A DNA stretch of 64,000 nucleotides from a virus. The notes beneath the pieces were generated by a model. That model made no database searches. It saw nothing but the letters and a program-made list of their open reading frames with translations, and was not told the DNA's origin. Shown here in pieces: positions 56,934 to 64,000 of the stretch. The stretch lies in the UHGV virus genome UHGV-0277313, one strand, 5' to 3'. The position numbers were made by a program, and so were the translations under genes. Numbering within the stretch: the stretch's first letter is position 1; each line of letters starts with the position of its first letter.

Positions 56934-58592
56934 ATGAAAAAAGCTATTTGTGAATTTTGCGGTAAAGAATATGAATATGATGAAAACAATATTCGTGTTC
57001 GTGAAGAAGGAAGAAAAGATTCGTATGATTCCTCGCGGTTTTGCTGTTTTCATTGTTTTTCAAAAGAACGTGTTAGAAAACAAAAAGAGACTCTATCTAA
57101 AAGATTGGGATACGAAGTAACCAGTACATTTCATCTTCCAGGAGTTCAAGAAAAAGCTCAAGCCACTAGTCTGAAAAGATACGGTACAAAATTCGGCGTG
57201 TGTTCAAAACAGTCCGTAGAAAAAAGAAGAAAAACGTGTAAAGAACGTTACGGATTTGAAATGCCGTTGCAGAATAAAGAAATTAAACAAAAGACGTATG
57301 ATTCAAATATAAAGAATCATAACGGTACGTATCACTTGCAAACCGAAGAAGTACGCGAAAAGTGTGCTGAAGGTCATCGTACTGATGAATATAGGGAAAA
57401 AGCAAGAAGATTGTTTGATGTTAAATCGAAACATACAGAGTTTGTTGAAAAGTATGGTGTAAGCAATCCTTTTCAATTAGAGTTTGTAAAAGAAAAAAGT
57501 AAAGAAACGTTGCTGAAAAAATACGGTGTTGAAAATATTTCTAAAGATGTTTGTACTTTAGAAAAACGTAGCAATACTCGTATGCTTAATGAAGCAATAA
57601 ATGTTGACAACTTAACAAAAGATTATTTGGAAGAAAATTTTGTTAAAGAAGAAAAGTTTCAATTAAAAGAAGCAGCGGATTATTTTAATGTAACATTGTT
57701 TGCAATGGATTCGTTTAAACAGCAGTTGGATATTGTTATTCCAAATGAAGAAAAGAAGAATAATACATTAGAAACAGAATTCTTTAATTTTATTTCTTCT
57801 TTAACTGATAAAGAGATTATAAGAAATACTAGAAATGTTATTTCGCCTTTGGAGTTGGATATTTATATTCCTACAATGAATCTAGCTTTTGAGTTCAATG
57901 GTGATTATTGGCATAGTGAAAATTTTGGCAGAAGTAAATTTTATCATATTGAGAAAACAAAACAATGTGAGAAAAAAGGAATTCGTTTAATTCATATTTG
58001 GGAACATGAATGGTTAAAAAATGATGAAAAGATCAAACTATTTATCAAAAGTCTTTTTGTTAAACGAGAAAAGATTCGAGCAAGTCAATGTGTGATCAAA
58101 GATCTATCGACAGAGGAGTTTGATAAATTTGCTGATAAATATCATTTGTTAGGTGCAACGTCAACTACAGCTGTTAAGTTTGGTTTGTTTTATGATGATA
58201 CTTTAGTTTCAGCAATAGGTTTGTCTTTTGATAGTAAACATGAATTCTGGAACTTGAAGCGTTACATTATTGGAGAATACCAAGTAATGGGTGGGTTTGA
58301 AAAATTATTTAAATATTTTATTGAAAAATACAATCCGGATAAAATTATTACTTTTGTTGAGTTGTCTAAATTTAAAGGTGATGTAAACTTTAAAAATGGT
58401 TTTGTATTAGATAAGGAATTAGCACCAGATTTCTTTTGGGTTATTAATGATGTCCGTGTAGATAAATGGACAGCATGGAGACAGTTTAAAGAAAGTGATG
58501 AAAATACCGCAGAGTATCAAAAAAAGATGAAAACTTTTGCATTAAAATGTTATGATGCAGGAAAAAGACGGTTAATTTGGAATAAAAGTTAA
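56934..58592 (+). CDS. homing-endonuclease-like protein: zinc ribbon + tandem RYGV-type repeats + Vsr-like PD-(D/E)xK nuclease domain + conserved C-terminal domain (paralog 1)
   Basis: CEFCGK...FCCFHC; repeats ERYGFEMPLQ / KYGVSNPFQ / KYGVENISK; PLELDIYIPTMNLAFEFNGDYWHSE...IRLIHIWEHEW resembles Vsr/DUF559-type nuclease core; ATG with AAGGTG RBS (track start is GTG). Confidence 0.6.
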   Translation: MKKAICEFCGKEYEYDENNIRVREEGRKDSYDSSRFCCFHCFSKERVRKQKETLSKRLGYEVTSTFHLPGVQEKAQATSLKRYGTKFGVCSKQSVEKRRKTCKERYGFEMPLQNKEIKQKTYDSNIKNHNGTYHLQTEEVREKCAEGHRTDEYREKARRLFDVKSKHTEFVEKYGVSNPFQLEFVKEKSKETLLKKYGVENISKDVCTLEKRSNTRMLNEAINVDNLTKDYLEENFVKEEKFQLKEAADYFNVTLFAMDSFKQQLDIVIPNEEKKNNTLETEFFNFISSLTDKEIIRNTRNVISPLELDIYIPTMNLAFEFNGDYWHSENFGRSKFYHIEKTKQCEKKGIRLIHIWEHEWLKNDEKIKLFIKSLFVKREKIRASQCVIKDLSTEEFDKFADKYHLLGATSTTAVKFGLFYDDTLVSAIGLSFDSKHEFWNLKRYIIGEYQVMGGFEKLFKYFIEKYNPDKIITFVELSKFKGDVNFKNGFVLDKELAPDFFWVINDVRVDKWTAWRQFKESDENTAEYQKKMKTFALKCYDAGKRRLIWNKS

Positions 58593-58623
58593 TTCATTAA
58601 TATTCTTGTAACTATTAATAAAT

Positions 58624-58660
58624 AAAGCGATTGACGTGATTGTTGGTCGCTTTATTTTTA
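58624..58660 (+). terminator. possible weak terminator
   Basis: AAAGCGA-16 nt loop-TCGCTTT then ATTTTTATTT. Confidence 0.35.
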
Positions 58661-58849
58661 TTTAAAATAACTTTTTTAACTTTTTTATATTTTTTGTACT
58701 TAATTACTTGTTCTTAAATTTCAGATAGTTAAGTCTATCATTCATTTTCCTATTCGCGGCGTTATTCGGTTAACATTTCTATCACTTTCTCTATACGTTT
58801 TTGTATAGGGTATTTAATCGTTTAATAAACCTTGATTAGGAGAATTATA

Positions 58850-60346
58850 ATGGGTTTTTTCCAAACAATTAACGAATCTGTTGCCGAAAAAGCGGCTCTA
58901 ACAGAAAGCCAGACAGTTGCTCGTGGTAAACGTGCTCTAGCTGAACATGCCGATTGGAAAGGCCGTTTCTCTAAATTGGAAGCGATGATGGAATCTGCCG
59001 ATGCTGCCGAAGCGAAAAAAGCTAGTGTTACAGCGCAGGTTATGTCAAATCTGTCCAATTTGATGGAACGCCAGAAAGAATATTACACTGAAGCGACATT
59101 CACTTCAATGTTAGGACCTATGGCTATGTTAACCCCGCGCGTTTTGGACATCGTTGGCGTGTTCTATCCAAACATGATTGCGCACCTGATTACAGACATC
59201 CAGGTTATGGATCGTTCAACAGGTGAAATCTTCGTTCTGCGCCCTCGCTATGGTTCTGACGCTGCTGGTGTTACAGCTGGTCAGGAAATGTGGGTTAATC
59301 AGACAGACGGAACCTATGCTTCTGAATATCGTTCAGCTTCTGCGAACGGTGGTGAAACAGACGGGACCACAACCGAATTTGCGGTTTCTGGTTTGACAGC
59401 TTCTGGTGGTCCTTTGCGTCGTGGTTCAGTTACCATTAAATTGGCTGGCATTGTTGTTGGTCGTGATGACGCTCATGGCATCATGGTTGGTAAAGATCGT
59501 GAAGGTCATGTTGTTTCCGGTACAGTTGATTATGACGCTGGTGACATTACAGTTGCTTTCTCTGCCGCTCCTTCAGCTGGCAAGAGCATTATGATCGACG
59601 CGTATGTTGATTCAGAAGAAGATCCTTCTTTGATCAATGAAGTCAACTTTGACATTCAGGCTGTTCCTGTTACAGCCCGTGCGCATCCTTTGCGTTACAC
59701 TGTTTCTGCCCAGGCGACATTGGTTGCTTCAGCGCACCTTGACGTTGATGTCAATGAAGTTCTGACAAACATTGCTGCTGGCGCGATCAAACAGGAACGT
59801 GACGTTGCTCTGGTCAACATGTTGGTTGCTGCTGCGACACATCTGGATACTCTCGACTTCGACCTGGCTGATGCTACAGTCAACTATCGTAACAAACGCG
59901 ATCGTTTCGCTGATATCGAACTGAAAGTCAACGAAGCCCAGACGAAGATTCAGACCGTTGCTGGCCGTGGTGGCGTTTCCTTCATTGTTGCTGGTGCGAA
60001 TGCTGCGAACTGCTTCCGTTTGGTTGAAGGTTTCGAAGCGGCTCCTGAAGCGACAAATGCGACAGTTGGTCCTTACAAGATGGGTGCTATTCGCAATGGT
60101 ACCGTTCCTGTTATCTGCGTTCCTATTTCCCGTACTCTGAAAGCTGACGATTTCGTTATCGGATTCCGTGGCTTCCAGGCTGGTGATAGCGCGACAGTGT
60201 TGGCGGAATGGATTCCTTTGTATTTCACCCCATTGTTCGAAGCCCCCAATTTACAGAATAAACGTGGTCTGATGAGTTTGTACGACATGTTGACAAACCG
60301 TCCTGAATACCTCGTTTCTGGTAAAGTTAAAGGCTATAACGCTTAA
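58850..60346 (+). CDS. major capsid protein (T4 gp23-like)
   Basis: NMIAHLITDIQVMDRSTGEIFVLRPRYG aligns with T4 gp23 NLIAFDICGVQPMNSPTGQVFALRAVYG; ATG at 58850 with AGGAGA RBS (track start 58832 is TTG); GC-richer codon usage. Confidence 0.9.
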   Translation: MGFFQTINESVAEKAALTESQTVARGKRALAEHADWKGRFSKLEAMMESADAAEAKKASVTAQVMSNLSNLMERQKEYYTEATFTSMLGPMAMLTPRVLDIVGVFYPNMIAHLITDIQVMDRSTGEIFVLRPRYGSDAAGVTAGQEMWVNQTDGTYASEYRSASANGGETDGTTTEFAVSGLTASGGPLRRGSVTIKLAGIVVGRDDAHGIMVGKDREGHVVSGTVDYDAGDITVAFSAAPSAGKSIMIDAYVDSEEDPSLINEVNFDIQAVPVTARAHPLRYTVSAQATLVASAHLDVDVNEVLTNIAAGAIKQERDVALVNMLVAAATHLDTLDFDLADATVNYRNKRDRFADIELKVNEAQTKIQTVAGRGGVSFIVAGANAANCFRLVEGFEAAPEATNATVGPYKMGAIRNGTVPVICVPISRTLKADDFVIGFRGFQAGDSATVLAEWIPLYFTPLFEAPNLQNKRGLMSLYDMLTNRPEYLVSGKVKGYNA

Positions 60347-60367
60347 TTTAATTAAGTGTTATAAAGG

Positions 60368-60402
60368 AAGCGGAAGCAAGAAATTGCTTCCGCTTTTCTT
60401 TT
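60368..60402 (+). terminator. strong rho-independent terminator after capsid gene
   Basis: 12-bp stem AAGCGGAAGCAA-gaaa-TTGCTTCCGCTT followed by TTTCTTTTGTTT. Confidence 0.85.
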
Positions 60403-60449
60403 GTTTGTGATACAATTAATTTAGTTATTTTATTTTGAGGAAATTTATT

Positions 60450-62264
60450 TTGAATAGTAATTGGCAAGATGAGTTAAGAAAATTTTTCACTGAATATGAT
60501 TTTTCTGGATTTGTTTTGGAAATCAATAGTGGAAAAGAGTTTCAGTTTGGCAGTATCAGTCAAAATAAAAAGTTATTTTTAAATGTACAAAAAGAGTTGT
60601 CAAATTATTTTTCAAAACCTGGTGATTTAGGTGCATGTTTACTTTACCTAAAAGATCATTCAATAGATGAGTTGCTTAACAAATTAGAATGTCCAGTTTG
60701 TCATAAATTTAATGGTGTGTTTAGATTCAACAGACAACGTTGTGATGAGCATGTTTTTTGTTCAAGAGATTGTCGATATTCGTTAAAAGGTAAAACTTTA
60801 TTGATGAATCGATATAAAGAGAAAACAGGGTACGATAGTCCATATAGCAACCCAAAAGTTCAACAGAAACGAAAAGAGAACTTTTTGAGGAACTATGGTG
60901 TTGAATCGCCTATGCAAGTAGAAGAGTTTAAGAAAAGAAATATAGAAAGCAATAGAAACAATCACTGTGGTCTTCTAGCATGTCAGACTGAAGAAGTTAA
61001 GTTAAAAATAAAAGAAACGAATTTAAAGAATCACCATGGTGTGTTTAATTTGCAATTACCTGAAACAAAAGAAAAGTTAATTAAGCTGTCAAATGAACGA
61101 TATGGTGTAGATTTTCCTATAGCGAATAGTGACATCAGAAACAGACAGGAAAGGTTTTACGATGGTGTTGGTTTAGCATCATATATAATTAGAAAGAAAG
61201 CAGAAGAAACGTTTGGTGGGCCTTTAAACGGGTCTAATCCAATTATTTTTGAAAAGATGAAACAAACGGTAGAAAACAAAACAGGAAAGAGTTTTGAAGA
61301 AGCTGTTACTGAAAACATGCAACGTGGTTTAAAAGAAAAGTTTGGTGATGAAATAGGTTTTGCCAATGAAAAGATTGCAGCTAAAATTCAGAAACAGGTT
61401 GTTGAAAAATTTAACGTTCCTTATTTTTGTTTAACTGATAAATGTAGACAGGCAAATAAAAAGACAATTTCAAAAAGAAATGTGATGTTTGCCGAAAAGT
61501 TGAGAAAGTTAGGTTATGAAGTTGGTTTAGATTCGGTAAAGCTTGAGACTTTTTCATACGATATCTGTTTGGAAAAAGAAAAGATTTTGATAGAAATAGA
61601 TCCATCTTTTACACATAATTCGACAAGAAACCCGTTTGGTTCTGTACGGTTACCAGATTATCATTTAAGGAAATCTGAAGTTGCAAGAAGGTTTGGTTAT
61701 AGGTGCATTCACATTTTTGATTGGGATGATGAAAAAAAAGTTTTAGGTTTATTTGAAAAGAGCGAAAGAATCTATGCTAGAAAGTGTGAAGTTAGGGTAG
61801 TTGATTTTGAAAGTTGTTCAGAATTCTTAAATCGCTATAGTTTAACGAATTGTTTAACAAAAGAAGATGTTTGTTTATGTTTGTTTTATAATGAACTATT
61901 AGTTCAAATTATGGTTTTTGGAAAACCTAGAAAAGATAAAGACATTCAATATGAATTGTTGCATTTTTGTAGCAGAAAAGGTTTTAGAATCATTGGTGGT
62001 GTAAGCAGGTTATTCAGCTATTTCAAAAATAAATTTAAACCTGAATCATTAGTTTCATATTGTGATTTTTCAAAATTTGAAGGAGCTGTTTATGAAATTT
62101 TAGGGTTTCATAAAGTTGACGAATTGATACCAGTTTGTCATCTATCCAAAAAGAAACAACAATTCATTATTGAAGATAGTTGTGAAAAGATAGATTTGAT
62201 AGAAAAAGGTTTTGTAGAAGTTTTTGATTGTGGCTATAAAAAATATTTGTTTTGTGTAAAATAA
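60450..62264 (+). CDS. homing-endonuclease-like protein (paralog 2; zinc ribbon + RYGV-type repeats + Vsr-like nuclease + C-terminal domain); apparent TTG start
   Basis: CPVCHKF...CDEHVFCSRDCRYS; RNYGVESPMQ, ERYGVDFPI repeats; ILIEIDPSFTHNS...RCIHIFDWDDE nuclease core; no in-frame ATG near 5' end, TTG at 60435 or 60450 (latter has GAGGAA RBS). Confidence 0.55.
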   Translation: MNSNWQDELRKFFTEYDFSGFVLEINSGKEFQFGSISQNKKLFLNVQKELSNYFSKPGDLGACLLYLKDHSIDELLNKLECPVCHKFNGVFRFNRQRCDEHVFCSRDCRYSLKGKTLLMNRYKEKTGYDSPYSNPKVQQKRKENFLRNYGVESPMQVEEFKKRNIESNRNNHCGLLACQTEEVKLKIKETNLKNHHGVFNLQLPETKEKLIKLSNERYGVDFPIANSDIRNRQERFYDGVGLASYIIRKKAEETFGGPLNGSNPIIFEKMKQTVENKTGKSFEEAVTENMQRGLKEKFGDEIGFANEKIAAKIQKQVVEKFNVPYFCLTDKCRQANKKTISKRNVMFAEKLRKLGYEVGLDSVKLETFSYDICLEKEKILIEIDPSFTHNSTRNPFGSVRLPDYHLRKSEVARRFGYRCIHIFDWDDEKKVLGLFEKSERIYARKCEVRVVDFESCSEFLNRYSLTNCLTKEDVCLCLFYNELLVQIMVFGKPRKDKDIQYELLHFCSRKGFRIIGGVSRLFSYFKNKFKPESLVSYCDFSKFEGAVYEILGFHKVDELIPVCHLSKKKQQFIIEDSCEKIDLIEKGFVEVFDCGYKKYLFCVK

Positions 62265-62276
62265 ATTGAAAATTTT

Positions 62277-62305
62277 GTTGACATTTATTGTGTTTATGAT
62301 ACAAT
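62277..62305 (+). promoter_or_regulatory. near-consensus sigma70-type promoter (TTGACA n16 TACAAT)
   Basis: ttgacatttattgtgtttatgatacaat, about 30 nt upstream of ATG 62336; homologous to the promoter at 56873. Confidence 0.5.
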
Positions 62306-62335
62306 ATGATTATATATTGTAAGAGGTTTTTTGTA

Positions 62336-64000
62336 ATGTATAGTATTAAAGATATTGATGCTTCTCGTTTAAGAAGGGATTATTCTAAATATCCTTTAAT
62401 TGATGATGAGTATATTACAAAAGAAGAGTTTGAATATCTGTATTTAGAAGTGAATTTGTCTTTTGAAGAGATTGATATTTATTTGCAATCAAGACCTGGT
62501 ACTGCATTAAATAAAAACAGAAGAAAACCGAATGCAAAGAATTCTAATAAGTTTGGTTTAAAAAAAACAAGTGCATTAATTGCTGCTAAAATGAGAAATG
62601 CAACGTTTGACAGATATGGTGTAACAACGCCTTTTGCTTTAAATGAAGTAAAAGAAAAGGTTGTACTGTTGAATAAAGAAAGAATGCGGGATAAAGAAAA
62701 ACGCGATCAGATTGTTAAGAAAATAAAAGAAACGACTTTAAAACGTTTTGGTGTTGATAATGCAATGAAATGTAAAGAGGTGTATGAGAAGGGTGCCAAA
62801 AAGAGAGTTGAGTTATATGGAACTTGCAACAATAATGAAAAAATAAAAAAGACAAAATTTGAACGTTATGGGGATAGTGGGTATTTAAATAAAGAGAAAG
62901 CAAAAGAAACATTAAAGAATAATTTTGGTGTAGAGTCGCCTTTTGAATCGGTTGAAATTAAAAATAAAGCGATGGAATCTGTTAAAGAAAAATATGGTGT
63001 TGATAATGTTTTTAAGCTGAAAGAGTTTCAGAAAAAAGCAAAAGATGTAATTTTTGAAAGATATGGCGTTGATAAATTTTCTTTAACAGGTGTTCAGCAC
63101 CCTGAAAACTATAATAAAGATTTTATTGAAAAGAATTTTATAGAAGGTGGGTATTTTAAAATAGAAGAAGCATTGAGTTATTTTAATGTAAACAGATCGT
63201 CAATGGATTCTTTTAAGCGCAGAAATAATATCATTATTCCAAATAAACATGAAAAACATCAAATGCAAAATCAGATTTATGAATTTATTAAATCGATATA
63301 TGCAGGTAATGTTATTTGTGATACAAGAAAGGTTATTTCACCTTTAGAGTTGGACATTTATATTCCTGATTTAAGAATAGCAATAGAGTTTGATGGTTTG
63401 ATGTTTCATTCAGTATCGACTATTGAGGAAGATAGATCGTTGCGAGGTGAAATTATGATGAAAGACTATCATAAAGTCAAAACTGACATGTGTGAAGAAT
63501 TAGGAATTAAACTTTTTCACATTTTTGAGAATGAATGGTTAGATTTAAATAAGCAAGCTATTTGGAAGTCAGTCATTAGAAATGCAATTGTTCAAGATAA
63601 TTATATTTATGCAAGAAATTGTGTTGTAAAAAATGTAGATAAAACATTAAAGAAAAAGTTTTTGGAAGAAAATCATTTACAGGGTGATTGCATTTCAGAA
63701 ATTAATTTAGGTTTGTTTTATAATGATGAATTAGTGTCATTGATGTCTTTTGGCAAACCAAGATTTTCTAAAAAATATGATTATGAATTGTTGCGATTTT
63801 GTACTAAATTAAATTTGCAAGTTCGTTTTGCCGCGTCAAAATTGTTAAGTCATTTTAAAAAATTGATGAATACAAATACAAATTTAGTGTCGTATGCAAA
63901 CAGACGTTGGTCGAATGGACATTTGTATGAATCATTGTGTTTTGAAAAGCAGAATACAAAAGTTGAGCCTTCATATTTCTATTTTCGAAATAGTGAGAAA
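62336..64000 (+). CDS. homing-endonuclease-like protein (paralog 3, no N-terminal zinc ribbon), 3' end beyond window
   Basis: AAGAGG RBS; repeats DRYGVTTPFA, KRFGVDNAM, ERYGDSGYL, NNFGVESPFE, EKYGVDNVF, ERYGVDKFS; PLELDIYIPDLRIAIEFDGLMFHS...IKLFHIFENEW nuclease core; C-terminal YIYARNCVVKNVD domain shared with paralogs; open to window end. Confidence 0.6.
   Translation, partial: MYSIKDIDASRLRRDYSKYPLIDDEYITKEEFEYLYLEVNLSFEEIDIYLQSRPGTALNKNRRKPNAKNSNKFGLKKTSALIAAKMRNATFDRYGVTTPFALNEVKEKVVLLNKERMRDKEKRDQIVKKIKETTLKRFGVDNAMKCKEVYEKGAKKRVELYGTCNNNEKIKKTKFERYGDSGYLNKEKAKETLKNNFGVESPFESVEIKNKAMESVKEKYGVDNVFKLKEFQKKAKDVIFERYGVDKFSLTGVQHPENYNKDFIEKNFIEGGYFKIEEALSYFNVNRSSMDSFKRRNNIIIPNKHEKHQMQNQIYEFIKSIYAGNVICDTRKVISPLELDIYIPDLRIAIEFDGLMFHSVSTIEEDRSLRGEIMMKDYHKVKTDMCEELGIKLFHIFENEWLDLNKQAIWKSVIRNAIVQDNYIYARNCVVKNVDKTLKKKFLEENHLQGDCISEINLGLFYNDELVSLMSFGKPRFSKKYDYELLRFCTKLNLQVRFAASKLLSHFKKLMNTNTNLVSYANRRWSNGHLYESLCFEKQNTKVEPSYFYFRNSEK

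Noticed and set aside
46341-58850. T4-type late promoters (TATAAATA) upstream of structural genes
   Set aside because: No exact TATAAATA found within 100 bp upstream of the structural ORF starts that were inspected. Only near matches (TATATAAAT, TTTAAATAA) occur, so no late promoters are called.
59406-60288. Several 60-70-aa ORFs in other frames and strands within the capsid gene
   Set aside because: GC-rich region generates spurious open frames; the gp23-like frame is unambiguous.
56925-60435. ORF-track start codons at 56925 (GTG), 58832 (TTG), 47797, 49677, 35411 (TTG), 18470 (GTG)
   Set aside because: Downstream ATGs with better Shine-Dalgarno spacing exist (56934, 58850, 47815, 49686, 35408, 18458); coordinates adjusted accordingly.
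1-64000. CRISPR arrays / tandem DNA repeats
   Set aside because: No regularly spaced direct repeats seen; the only repeat-like DNA is the GATC heptamer cluster and the cttcg mini-repeats.

Overview
This AT-rich window (about 30-35% GC) looks like part of a T4-like (Straboviridae-type) myovirus genome, with two gene blocks and an exceptional load of inteins and homing-endonuclease-like genes. From about 45.5 kb leftwards runs a minus-strand replication, recombination and packaging block. Rightwards from about 46.3 kb runs a plus-strand virion-morphogenesis block in T4 order: portal, two small core proteins, prohead protease-scaffold, then the gp23-like major capsid protein. Recognisable minus-strand genes include a UvsX/RecA recombinase, a gp32-like SSB, an NAD-dependent ligase (LigA OB-fold motif), a gp41/DnaB-like helicase followed by a gp61-like primase, a DinG/XPD-like FeS helicase, an SF2 helicase and the large terminase. 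Seven inteins are readable. Five sit in the large terminase gene, which is broken into two ORFs by a split intein with a free-standing GIY-YIG endonuclease gene between the halves. A second split intein breaks the DnaB-like helicase P-loop, and a mini-intein sits in the Walker A of the SF2 helicase. Two TnpB-like RuvC nucleases lack both the zinc finger and any TnpA partner. Three paralogous Vsr-like (PD-(D/E)xK) endonuclease-like genes flank the capsid gene, and two of them sit behind near-consensus sigma70 promoters. At the strand switch (about 45.6-46.0 kb) lie a (TA)n tract, ten GATC sites in about 200 bp (heptamer AAGATCW repeats) and a 120-bp GC-rich island: an origin-like or regulatory element. 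Several rho-independent terminators are readable. Many ORFs remain hypothetical, including a 1848-aa giant ORF.
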